DNA from: Parachlamydiales bacterium
Lineage (GTDB): Bacteria; Chlamydiota; Chlamydiia; Chlamydiales; Parachlamydiaceae
DNA: 64,000 nucleotides
Direction of reading: 5' to 3'
NCBI GenBank assembly: GCA_963709145.1
Contig: CAVPVT010000053.1
Span: forward strand, 15,819 to 79,818
In this document: positions 38,501 through 46,212 of the stretch, piece after piece
Layout of the letters: every line of letters starts with the position of its first letter
Numbering within the stretch: position 1 is the first letter of the stretch
Notes under the pieces: generated by a model
Told to the model about the DNA's origin: nothing
The model's input: only the letters and a program-made list of their open reading frames with translations
Database searches by the model: none
Position numbers and translations under genes: made by a program

Positions 38501-40114
38501 AATACAAATCTGAATGCAAGTTCGATTACAACATCCGCGCAAGAAGCCTCCATTGCGGCTGAAGAAGATATCGTACTGACTGGTAGCGCTATTATCCATA
38601 CGGGTACCAGCAGCTTTACCGCTAATGCGGGTGAAGACCTTACACTCGCCGATTCTTTCGTAAGTACGGCTGCTAATGATACGACACTCGCCGCTGGACA
38701 AGATGCCAACTTTAGCGGTAATTCAAGCGTTGTTCAAACGGGAGTCAATAATTTCCACTTAAATGCAGGAGATAATGTCAACTTCACAGATACTGCTTCG
38801 GTATATACTGCAGCTGATAATGCATTTGTGAAAGCGGGACAAGATATCAACTTTACTGGTGATAATACCTTTGCTCAAATAGGCGATAGTATCTTTAATT
38901 TCACCTCTGGGGAAAATATTAGCGTTGGAGGCTCGACTACGATTACCACCAACGCGGAAAATGCATCGTTCAACGCTGCTGATAACATCACCTTCAGCGG
39001 AACCTCTTCATTGACCCAGCCGGGGAATCAAAACATCTTAAATTTCAATTCAGGGGGTTATCTAACATTCACCGACTTTACTAAGATTACAACCTCGGCT
39101 AATGCGGTGAATTTGGCGGCTGCTCTAGATGTGACATTCTCTGGTAACTCGGTTTTAAATCAAACTGGAGAAAGCACCCTGGATGTGAGCGGTGAAAACT
39201 TGATTATGAGTCAAAATGGACGTTTGACAACCAACTCTCTGGCAGCGACTTTTGATATCGATGTCGATATGATCCTGAGCGGCAATGCGGAGATCAATTT
39301 CAATAGCGACGGTGTCCAAATTTACAATGTAGGACAAGATATCGAGCTGCATGACAATTCCTTCATTTCAACCATCACAGGAACCTCATTCTTCAATGCA
39401 GGAAGAGATTATGTGATGACTGGCCGCAGTAAGATCTTAAACTTTGATAGTCGCAGACTGGAAATCCACGCGAAGGATAACATCGATCTAAGTGACCACG
39501 CTTTGATCGATTCGTTTGGCGGGGAACTTCTGGCCGTGGCCAATTACAATATAACCTTAGACGATTATGCCCAGATCAACAACACCTTTGGCAATATCAC
39601 CTTGGTTGTAGATAACCAGTGGCCAATCTCACCTTCCTTTGGGGATGGCTCTTTCAAATTGCTTCGCCACACCGAAATCAATGCACCCCATGGAACCATT
39701 CGGGTCTTTACTTCGAGAAGAGCGTTCAATCAAATCCGTGGAACTTTGAATGGTCACCATTTTCATCCAGGGATCTTATTCTTGAACTCTCCAACCGAAC
39801 AATGGTGTACCTACTTTGACCATGCGATTAAAGGCGTTCCATTTACCATCTTCTACAAAGACTGCGGGGTTCCCCATTTCCCACCCAAGCCGTTGACTGC
39901 GGCTCAACTTGAACAATTTTTAGCTGCAATCTCTGAAGGGTTCCATGATTGGAAATACTACGACTACTTCGATTATGCCCTTCTTTGCATGGATATTATC
40001 GACGACTGCTATTCCCCAGGAACTTGCTGTGTCGAATACGATGCGATGCATTTGAAACTTCTCCGCGAAGTCTTTCATAATCGCCACACATTAAAATACA
40101 ACCTCCCATTCTAG
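32588..40114 (+). CDS. giant two-partner-secretion exoprotein (TpsA; filamentous-haemagglutinin-type)
   Basis: Signal peptide (MKRCTFKKIYFQLAFLILSVSTQVGA) and a TPS domain with NRVTGG..SEIFG and LINPNGI motifs. About 2,000 aa of G/N/S/T/I-rich beta-helix-type repeats follow. Start set to ATG 32588 (track: TTG 32570). Confidence 0.85.
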   Translation: MKRCTFKKIYFQLAFLILSVSTQVGANPAAPIVMSGKAQFENTNASTLTVRTGDRVVINWDSFSINHGELTRFVQPGKNSAALNRVTGGSRSEIFGALDANGRVYLINPNGILIDKDSQINAAAFLASTLDVTDSSFMQNGDLLFSGSSDGTVVNLGTINAFDGDVILLGFQVDNQGKIIAPRGTAGLAAGQEILLQVGGDKKFLIRPKKESTKTDLTGVNMGGMIQALRTEIQADGHAYNLAINHTGMIDATSVMSKNGQVYLCAPEGNTCINGAIHAPQGEVQILGNVVGMFDNTKIDTSYAGGGGNIYIGGGYQGSEPEKINAVKTYISSGVEIVSDALVTGDAGQVIVWSETSTQFYGDISAKGGTESGNGGFVEISSHGDLGFNGTADRTAYNGVGGTLLLDPRNITISSTATANISQNFAGPVDIFTVTNPALPANVGTATGTPNIATALTTGDVVILTQNDGGAGNGDISWVENSDLTVNTPFNLTLNSLNNIYMSSLYTNNGNGSFFLTAVNDITLVNTDPATTSVGVGANLLGTGGITLTGNNISLLSSTIPVELNNGGNILNGNITINASGGYIQQGGSVLAANALVNSTNGNIYLNALGGDAYIQGGSGGNTNASLVSTNENVVVNIATGSLYLEGGTNLVVGSFAQISSGLETSINTGLDLNLYGTVGTGSSSSINGSSVIITTGRDLNLVGGSGDFNSATIASVADGSYKIGNNLLLQGGSLDESFATITSAGGNLTFAVVGDVNLIAGTADNTFAQVGNNTTTNPVNISFNSIGGDLNLLANSNALGLFNNYAVIGNGSTNTSLNSEIGNISISGSNGSNLVLQGGALDNSNFAQIGNFAFSTATTSLSGNVSINGFGQAVSLNPAGIYALIGHGTLIGTVTNISGNIDIDLPGGDLNLNPGVNINSFAAVGFLNPTTSATGNVDVNLGTGELFMQPFGLSTASSSNAGSTIGFLNFANTPSAFGQINVNAGTVELMGSISPNNGAVIGFVNTGSILGSSSISVTANDNILLEAGAGTTFGSSNAVIGQLTAISGPNYIDSIAVTSIGGNVTLVGNSALSGGIALIGSEFLGTASDSNQAQSAVTVLAPNGTVGLYGSPQNSNSPGGLAIISTNALTQPYDLNITAGELTLIGGSALGGTGQALITSANNTFVNATGDFELNAQTGSAVFQTGTGQSSFKVGGDLILKGGSGASSIASIGTNLPLTNSADLTFVNVGGDVYLEAGSGSFASALIGHGPLPGQGFTGNLIGNIVFDNIGGNVTLLGNTYYAQIGHVGSTVSAVPLSGDIIFTNVDGEVSLTGGSGAGATAIIGHGNETTANGATSVAGSIAINAGAVSLQGGSNVASNAVIGFDSAIGAPPIIQSNGITVTSADGVSLTAGLGNGTTIAGGSAVIGYYNPNQTANVVIDTINVTAKSGDITLTAGFAPAAPSTAAFIGTYVALAGTGNSEIKVTTPGNLILNVPSSASLGLAAIYNSAPNSRTALDVSIDPAEVILLSGTASPPGTAAIYSSNNLNLDFVDSLDINYDKSNPTIVQTGSAFVRANNSVFINTDKPSLGTVTIQGPSSLAQVSTIEALNGDVIIGTRHATGAGIVNVGTGIQVGPAAILSDFGNLAANVQGPVNVMGGVPVGSNSTIAGFKNLNLKAFEDINLISAGLGGSTITSTSGNLTVATENDVNNSGIIFNDGGTNGEANIYAKGSVNVPGGSIENFGNGDTNVKAGQDVNITNAGDIFATGTGDVNVTAGRDFDLSASNLSSGGGINVNTGRDINLTDGSIISQTIANTSGIEMNAGRNLTITTTTGPTTISQLGTGETALHAGQDFVMNLGSSLTTAGLDTSVTAGRDLSITGSAITQTGTSTFTLNAGEDVNLLGATTITTAAESANFSSGQDFNIAVSTITQTGTSTFTLNAGEDTNISAGTSITTAAENASLSSAQNFNLTDSSITHTGSNTFALTAGDNTNLNASSITTSAQEASIAAEEDIVLTGSAIIHTGTSSFTANAGEDLTLADSFVSTAANDTTLAAGQDANFSGNSSVVQTGVNNFHLNAGDNVNFTDTASVYTAADNAFVKAGQDINFTGDNTFAQIGDSIFNFTSGENISVGGSTTITTNAENASFNAADNITFSGTSSLTQPGNQNILNFNSGGYLTFTDFTKITTSANAVNLAAALDVTFSGNSVLNQTGESTLDVSGENLIMSQNGRLTTNSLAATFDIDVDMILSGNAEINFNSDGVQIYNVGQDIELHDNSFISTITGTSFFNAGRDYVMTGRSKILNFDSRRLEIHAKDNIDLSDHALIDSFGGELLAVANYNITLDDYAQINNTFGNITLVVDNQWPISPSFGDGSFKLLRHTEINAPHGTIRVFTSRRAFNQIRGTLNGHHFHPGILFLNSPTEQWCTYFDHAIKGVPFTIFYKDCGVPHFPPKPLTAAQLEQFLAAISEGFHDWKYYDYFDYALLCMDIIDDCYSPGTCCVEYDAMHLKLLREVFHNRHTLKYNLPF

Positions 40115-40129
40115 AAGAGGAAACCTTAA

Positions 40130-42127
40130 ATGAAGACAACGTATACAAAACTCATTAAGATCCATCACCTGGCAGCCATTGCGTTAGCATGTACAGGACT
40201 CAATGCGGATGACTTTGAAGACTCTTACGTCTTAAAAGATGGTCAGGCTGTTTACGTAGTTCAGGATGATACGATCTCATCTTCTGATCTCATCGCTCCA
40301 TCTGATAATGTGCAGATGCCCGTCGAAGAGATGACATCCAGTCAACCATTGATCCAATTAGATGATAGGGCTAATCGGGAAACATTCAATAGCATCAAAT
40401 CGGCACAGCAAGAAAATTTGGAAATCCCTTCTCAAAATATTCAGAACTTACAACTGAACCCAGACGTGGTTAATTTTAATGCACCCGCTGCTCTCCCTCC
40501 CCTTCCGCCTACCAATCCGCAACCCCAAGTTGAACAAAAATCTCAAGTGCAAACGATGGTGCATGGAATACACATTATCAATAATCCTGAGCACTTTAAT
40601 CCTAACGGACGTTCAGGCGTTGATGGAGTGCACTATCATGATGTCGATATTCCAGGATCCAGAGAGGATCTAACTACGCATTTGCAGGACAACTTCTGCG
40701 GAAAACCGATTGATGAAACTTATGTTCCCCGATTGAAGTGTGCCATTCAAAACCATTATGCTGACGAAGGACATCCCTTGGTTATGGTGTGTGTGCCACC
40801 TCAAAATATCACTTGTGGATGTGTTCAAATTTTAGTGCAAGAAGCTACCTTAGGTGAAGTCCGTACGGAGGGCAATTGCTGGTTTTCTAGCAGGCTCCTC
40901 AAGAGTTATATTCACATTTGTCCTGGCGACACGATTTCTGAAGATGAGTTATTGAATGATGTGGCTTGGATGAACCGCAATATTTTTAGGTTCACCCAAG
41001 TGACTTTCACACCGGGTTCTCAACCTGGGACTACCGATATTGAACTTGTCACAGTCGATCGAAGACCTTTCCGAATTTATGTAGGGGTGGATAACGCAGG
41101 GTCTGACCAAACTTCCCAAACGCGTCTCTTTACCGGTTTCACTGCAGGAAATATTTGGGGTCTCGACCATATCCTAGGCTATCAATACACCTCATCACCC
41201 GATTTTCACAAATTTCAAAGTCATACATTGAACTACCAGATTCCTTTAACGTGGCAACACATGCTGATGTTTTACGGTGGATACGCTAACGTGCACCCCC
41301 ATCTTCGCGATTTTCATTCGCATGGTAGATCGTATCAAGCCAGTACACGTTACATTGTTCCGATCCGTCCGTTGTATGGAGATTCATTGAATGAAATTAA
41401 GTTTGGATTCGATTTCAAATCCACGAATAATAACTTGCAGTTTACCGATTCAGCCAAAACTAGCATTATCACCGGCACTGTAAACTTGTCCCAATTCATG
41501 CTTGGATACAATTATGGGGGTAGTTACGGTCGCCATGAATTATTGGGAAGCTTACAAGTCTATGTTTCACCCGGTGAGTTATTCTCCAATGAAACCAAGC
41601 GTGATTATCAACATTTGCGTTACAAAGCTTATCCTACCTATTGCTACGGGCAATTTACTGGAGGGTATAATTACGATTTTTCTTGGGGAAGTGAGATCTC
41701 TTTTCTAGTCAGAACACAATATAGTACGACTAACCTTCTGCCCAGCGAACAGTTTGTTCTTGGGGGGTACGATACTGTGCGCGGTTATAAAGAATTTGAG
41801 GTCTTAACTGATAATGGTCTCATTGTCAATGTAGAGCTGCGTACACCCGCTTGGAGTTTGTTAGGCGACTGCGCCACATTCTGTGGACATCCGATCCATG
41901 ATGAGTTGCGATTACTTGCCTTTGTCGATTACGGCAAAGGGTTTAACCACAAATTATTCCGTGATGAAAGGAGAGATTATCAGTTGTTGAGTGTTGGCCC
42001 AGGACTTAGGTATAAGCTCGCTAACAATCTTTCTGTCAGGCTGGATTGGGGTATAAAGCTAAAGAAAAGCAGTCGTTTATTTGGCTGGGGCAGCAAACTT
42101 CACTTTGGGGTAATCGCCGATTATTAA
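40130..42127 (+). CDS. TpsB transporter (ShlB/FhaC/HecB family, Omp85 superfamily)
   Basis: 665-aa ORF 15 nt downstream of tpsA. It has a hydrophobic N-terminus, a Pro-rich linker, a beta-barrel with the loop-6 motif LGGYDTVRGY, and a terminal aromatic residue (GVIADY). Confidence 0.8.
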   Translation: MKTTYTKLIKIHHLAAIALACTGLNADDFEDSYVLKDGQAVYVVQDDTISSSDLIAPSDNVQMPVEEMTSSQPLIQLDDRANRETFNSIKSAQQENLEIPSQNIQNLQLNPDVVNFNAPAALPPLPPTNPQPQVEQKSQVQTMVHGIHIINNPEHFNPNGRSGVDGVHYHDVDIPGSREDLTTHLQDNFCGKPIDETYVPRLKCAIQNHYADEGHPLVMVCVPPQNITCGCVQILVQEATLGEVRTEGNCWFSSRLLKSYIHICPGDTISEDELLNDVAWMNRNIFRFTQVTFTPGSQPGTTDIELVTVDRRPFRIYVGVDNAGSDQTSQTRLFTGFTAGNIWGLDHILGYQYTSSPDFHKFQSHTLNYQIPLTWQHMLMFYGGYANVHPHLRDFHSHGRSYQASTRYIVPIRPLYGDSLNEIKFGFDFKSTNNNLQFTDSAKTSIITGTVNLSQFMLGYNYGGSYGRHELLGSLQVYVSPGELFSNETKRDYQHLRYKAYPTYCYGQFTGGYNYDFSWGSEISFLVRTQYSTTNLLPSEQFVLGGYDTVRGYKEFEVLTDNGLIVNVELRTPAWSLLGDCATFCGHPIHDELRLLAFVDYGKGFNHKLFRDERRDYQLLSVGPGLRYKLANNLSVRLDWGIKLKKSSRLFGWGSKLHFGVIADY

Positions 42128-42300
42128 CCGCTATAGTATACGTTTATTACCGCCTGTTTGGAGTTCCTTCGTTTTGGCCTTACAACAATGTCAATATCTT
42201 GTCCTAGTGCATTTAAGAAATGGATTAGTCTTTCCACAGAAAAGCCTTCTAATTTGCGTCTAATAAGGGCCGAAATTTTAGGTTGACTGATACCTATCAC
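42124..42300 (-). pseudogene. N-terminally truncated XRE-family HTH (antitoxin-like) fragment
   Basis: Manual translation gives (V)IGISQPKISALIRRKLEGFSVERLIHFLNALGQDIDIVVRPKRR. This is the second half of an XRE/HigA-type HTH; the first helices and a partner gene are absent. Confidence 0.35.
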
Positions 42301-42328
42301 CTGGGCTTATTCAACTTTATTAATCGCC

Positions 42329-42664
42329 TTAGGCTAATTTGCTTCCATTGGGAACTTTTTTTTCCGGCACAGCCAAAACAACTTCATCTCCAAGAACCAA
42401 GCCAGTCGTCAAAACTTCAGAAACAAATGGACCTATTTTTTTAGGTTTGAAATTGACTACACAAAAAACCTGTTTTCCCACTAATTCCTCTATGGAATAC
42501 AACTTTGTGATCTGAGCACTGGATCGTTTTATACCTATTTCAGGACCGAGATCTATTTTAAGTTGATAAGCAGGCTTGCGTGCTTCAGGAAATTCCTCAA
42601 CTTCAACAATTGTTCCTACAAGCAACTCAACCTTTTCAAAATCATTCCATTCAATGGTTTCCAT
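42329..42664 (-). CDS. csaA: tRNA-binding (EMAP/CsaA-type) protein
   Basis: 111-aa [35 protein letters not shown] ... [17 protein letters not shown] matches CsaA-type OB-fold proteins. Confidence 0.8.
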   Translation of the reverse strand: METIEWNDFEKVELLVGTIVEVEEFPEARKPAYQLKIDLGPEIGIKRSSAQITKLYSIEELVGKQVFCVVNFKPKKIGPFVSEVLTTGLVLGDEVVLAVPEKKVPNGSKLA

Positions 42665-42711
42665 TTTATTTTCTCATTGATTATTAAATAAAGTTTAGTT
42701 AGATTATTAGC

Positions 42712-43533
42712 ATGAATATTTCTGAAATAATTTGTCAACCTATTTTAAAGAATGACAAAAAATTAAAAAAGATCTGTGACCCTTTGTCCCAAATGTTTGG
42801 ACTAGACACTTTTTGGTATTACACACTGACCGATCAAGGAGAACTTTCTTACATTTGTAATAATCCGAGTGCTGCTGAATACTTTTATTCAAATAAACTT
42901 TACAACGGACATCCCTATTTTAAACATACGACTTTATTAAAATCGGGCTTCTTCTTTGCTGACAAAACAAAAGATACTGATTATGTGCAAACTCAGGGAA
43001 AGTTGCGCGACTTTACACAAATATTCATGGCAATGAACGTTGACGATGGAAAAACGGAAGGATATGGCTTTGCTACAACGGGGCACCTTCCTGATCTGTC
43101 AAACTGTTTCATCAATAACCTTTACCTTCTACGACGATTTATCCAGTATTTTCATAAAGAAGCTGAGGATCCAATCAAACAAATGAAGAAATGCTCTGTG
43201 GATATCGCCTCCGAATGCCACAAGAATTTCTATAAGCCTACGCAATATTTCGATACTCTTACATCTCAAGCAAATACAGGAGAATTCCTTAAACAAATCG
43301 ATCCTATGCGATACCAAGCGTTGCATTCTTTATCTCTACGCGAAAAAGAGTGCTTAAGATGGTTTTTAAAAGGAATGTCTGCTGTGCAAATCGGTAAAAA
43401 GGTCCATCTATCAAACCGCACCGTAGAGTTCTATCTCGAAAATGTAAAGAACAAGCTAGTTTGCAATACCAAACAAGAGTTGTTTGAAATCCTTCTCAAT
43501 TCTCGCGATTTCTTAACCCTTACTTTTTTTTAG
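42712..43533 (+). CDS. LuxR-family transcriptional regulator (solo)
   Basis: 273-aa ORF with a C-terminal LuxR/FixJ HTH (LSLREKECLRWFLKGMSAVQIGKKVHLSNRTVEFYLENVKNKL). The N-terminal ~190 aa are an unassigned sensor-like domain. Confidence 0.75.
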   Translation: MNISEIICQPILKNDKKLKKICDPLSQMFGLDTFWYYTLTDQGELSYICNNPSAAEYFYSNKLYNGHPYFKHTTLLKSGFFFADKTKDTDYVQTQGKLRDFTQIFMAMNVDDGKTEGYGFATTGHLPDLSNCFINNLYLLRRFIQYFHKEAEDPIKQMKKCSVDIASECHKNFYKPTQYFDTLTSQANTGEFLKQIDPMRYQALHSLSLREKECLRWFLKGMSAVQIGKKVHLSNRTVEFYLENVKNKLVCNTKQELFEILLNSRDFLTLTFF

Positions 43534-43605
43534 TAACTTTTACGGTATTTCAACATCAGCGGTCACTCCTATTATGATGTATTCTTTTAACAAAGGAGAA
43601 TCAAA

Positions 43606-45132
43606 ATGAGCAGTCTTATAATTAAAGAAGTTGATTATGGCTATATCGAACAAAACATAACGAGAATCACAGAATTAACGACCACAGCGTTTTTAGAAAA
43701 CCATAAAATCACTCAGGATGCTTTCCAAAAAACTAACGGGGATCATCGTTCAAAGTTTATCGATATCTTAAATGCTTACACACCGGATACAATGACTCAG
43801 GTTCAACAGCATGGTGGGATGTATTTTGTCGCAGAATCCTACAGTAAAATCGTTGGAATCTCGATAGGACGCCCCTACGGAAAAAGCGCTCTTTCAGATA
43901 AGTTTATCCAAAATGTCTTTGATTCGAAATGCTGCTTTAAAGAAGTTATGAAAGGATGGTGGGATTTGATGGAGAAATATCAAGGGAAGCCGCCAGGAAA
44001 GATCTACCACCAGGCAACAATGGCAATTGATCCTGATTATGCCGGCAAAGGGATCGGCGCCAAAATATGCGCTCTAACAGCTAAACGTATCCTCGAAATG
44101 GGATATGATGGCTACGCTACAGAAACCTCGAGTAACTCGGCGGATCAACTTGCTGAAAAGATGAAGAAGAATTTTAAAGTGATCGATCTTGATTCGAATG
44201 GTGCAGGATTGACACTCAGATTGCATCTTCAACCCAATGCACTTTCAGAAACGATACATCAATGGTTTTTAGCCAAGAATGATGTGCAAGCTGTTGCAAA
44301 AGACATTGATGTCCGACAAATCTCTACAGTTGGAGTTCACTATCACGTTGGGAATATTGCTGTCTGGGATTCTAATCCCAATAGCAAACAGCCTGTTTTA
44401 GTCATGCTGCATCCGAATTCCCTTAGCCGTCTTTGCTTTAAAAAACAGATGGAAGATCATAGATTGACAGATCACTATCGCCTGATTGCCTTAGATCTGC
44501 CAGCACACGGCGACAGCAAAGTGGTCGAAAATCCAAAAGCCACTTACACTTTTCAGGGCTATGCAGGAGTCGTTACCCAAACATTGCATGAACTCAATGT
44601 GCAAGATTTTGTCCTCTTAGGACATTCCTTGGGAGGCCATGTTGTGTTGGAAGCAATGAATCAGGCTCCTGGCATTAAAGGTATTATTTTGACGGGGACT
44701 CCTCCCGTTGTTGTTAGTGATGAAGGATTCAAACGGGGATTTAAAGAAATTTCTATCGAAATCGCTAAACTCATGAGCAAACGCCATTTTACTCGCAATG
44801 AGGCAGCAGAATTTGCAAGCGCGGTTGGCAATGAACCTTGGATGGTTGAATACGCTCTTAAAACAGATGGACGTGCACGTCAGAGATTGATGGAGTGGAT
44901 TCATGAAGGTGTAGGGGGCGATCAACGTAAATTAGTCGAAGAAACAAAGCTGCCAACAGCCCTCATTTTTGGGGATAATGATCTTGTAGACATAGAATAT
45001 TTAAAAAGCCTAAAGTATGGAAATCTCTGGGCAATGCGCATCATAAAAAATGGCGATCATGGTGTCATTTATAAAAAGTCATCTATTTATAATGGGATCT
45101 TGCTTGAGTTTCTTAACTCAATTTATACATAA
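43606..45132 (+). CDS. GNAT acetyltransferase - alpha/beta hydrolase fusion protein
   Basis: 508-aa ORF. The N-terminal half has a GNAT acetyl-CoA motif (MAIDPDYAGKGIGAKI). The C-terminal half has an alpha/beta-hydrolase layout (VLVMLHPNS; nucleophile elbow GHSLGGHV; late GDHG). Confidence 0.65.
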   Translation: MSSLIIKEVDYGYIEQNITRITELTTTAFLENHKITQDAFQKTNGDHRSKFIDILNAYTPDTMTQVQQHGGMYFVAESYSKIVGISIGRPYGKSALSDKFIQNVFDSKCCFKEVMKGWWDLMEKYQGKPPGKIYHQATMAIDPDYAGKGIGAKICALTAKRILEMGYDGYATETSSNSADQLAEKMKKNFKVIDLDSNGAGLTLRLHLQPNALSETIHQWFLAKNDVQAVAKDIDVRQISTVGVHYHVGNIAVWDSNPNSKQPVLVMLHPNSLSRLCFKKQMEDHRLTDHYRLIALDLPAHGDSKVVENPKATYTFQGYAGVVTQTLHELNVQDFVLLGHSLGGHVVLEAMNQAPGIKGIILTGTPPVVVSDEGFKRGFKEISIEIAKLMSKRHFTRNEAAEFASAVGNEPWMVEYALKTDGRARQRLMEWIHEGVGGDQRKLVEETKLPTALIFGDNDLVDIEYLKSLKYGNLWAMRIIKNGDHGVIYKKSSIYNGILLEFLNSIYT

Positions 45133-45238
45133 ACAGCGTTTTAAAATGATTGAACTAGAAGGCATTGCGAAATATACTGAACTTTTACATGCAGCCAATT
45201 TAAGTAGAAGAAATTTATTGGTAAGTTAGCGGTTGAAA

Positions 45239-46081
45239 ATGAAGACTTCTCTCGAAATCTCTGAAATAAATTGGAATCAAGAATCGGAACAGAAAAATCT
45301 TATCGCCTATCTTGAACTGCATGAAACCCAAGCACTATTCCTTCTTGGCAATATCCAAAGTCATTTTCAACCATCTTTTGTCTATGTTGCGAAGGAAAAA
45401 AAGCGAATAGTCGGGGTGTGCGGTTTCTATCCAACCTTTCAATCCTGCACCATTTTTTCTGAACACTCTGGAGCATCGAAAGCATTTGCGCAAATTGTGT
45501 TGAAAAAGCATGCCTCCGTGAATGCATTGTTGGGAATGGCTAATATGATCAAGCCTGCTTATCAAGAGTTTGTGGCTCAAGGGCGCAAGCCGATCAATTC
45601 TCCAGAAATGGATTTTTTTGAACTATCCATGAAGAACTTCAAGCCTTTCTTTTTACCTGACGCTGTCATTCACCCGGTCACTGAAAAAGATGTAGATTCT
45701 GTCGCAAGATTGCAGCGTCTTATTCACAATGATCCTATTGATGATCCACTCACAGAAGAAGAACGCGTGAAGGTGCGGTCAAGTTTGGTTTCATTTTGCC
45801 TGGAAGTCGATGGAAAAATTGTCGCAGTCGCCACTAGCAATGGACTTGCTATCCACGCCTTTCAAATTTTAGGCGTTGCTACAGAGCCTGCTTTTCAACG
45901 GAGAGGCTATGCAAAAGCACTTTGCTCGCATCTAATTGATTTCATGCAAAAACAGGGCGCAGAAAAAGCAATTATCTTTACTGATGAAGAAAATGTTGCT
46001 GCTCAAAAATGTTATCGCGATTTAGGATTTCAAATCACCGATCGGTATTATGTCGGTATTTTTCAGCCAGTGGCTCAATAA
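45239..46081 (+). CDS. GNAT family N-acetyltransferase
   Basis: ORF 45233-46081, with the start set to ATG 45239. The acetyl-CoA binding motif is VATEPAFQRRGYAKAL, followed by CYRDLGF. Confidence 0.7.
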   Translation: MKTSLEISEINWNQESEQKNLIAYLELHETQALFLLGNIQSHFQPSFVYVAKEKKRIVGVCGFYPTFQSCTIFSEHSGASKAFAQIVLKKHASVNALLGMANMIKPAYQEFVAQGRKPINSPEMDFFELSMKNFKPFFLPDAVIHPVTEKDVDSVARLQRLIHNDPIDDPLTEEERVKVRSSLVSFCLEVDGKIVAVATSNGLAIHAFQILGVATEPAFQRRGYAKALCSHLIDFMQKQGAEKAIIFTDEENVAAQKCYRDLGFQITDRYYVGIFQPVAQ

Positions 46082-46212
46082 TGGTGGTTTGATATGCACA
46101 GAGGAATTATTCAAAGAATTGAAGTTAAACTGCACTGTCCTCATTTGTTTGAAAGTTTGGTCGAAAGCGGGTTGGAAAGGGAACGATTGCTAGTTTGCAC
46201 GTAATGGATTAA

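Noticed and set aside
33667-38709. Many minus-strand ORFs of 63-174 aa (e.g. 35233-35700, 38185-38709) within the tpsA span
   Set aside because: They are antisense shadows of a repetitive, stop-poor 7.5-kb gene. The translations are Pro/Val/Ala-rich mirror images of the G/N/T repeats.
32588-40114. Pmp-type classical autotransporter or CdiA contact-dependent inhibition toxin
   Set aside because: The N-terminal TPS domain plus a separate TpsB gene indicates type Vb, not a C-terminal autotransporter barrel. I saw no VENN-like motif, and no small immunity ORF follows the gene.
46094-46204. 37-aa ORF (MHRGIIQRIEVKLHCPHLFESL...) just before the palindrome
   Set aside because: It is too short, has no recognisable motif or ribosome-binding site, and may be chance.
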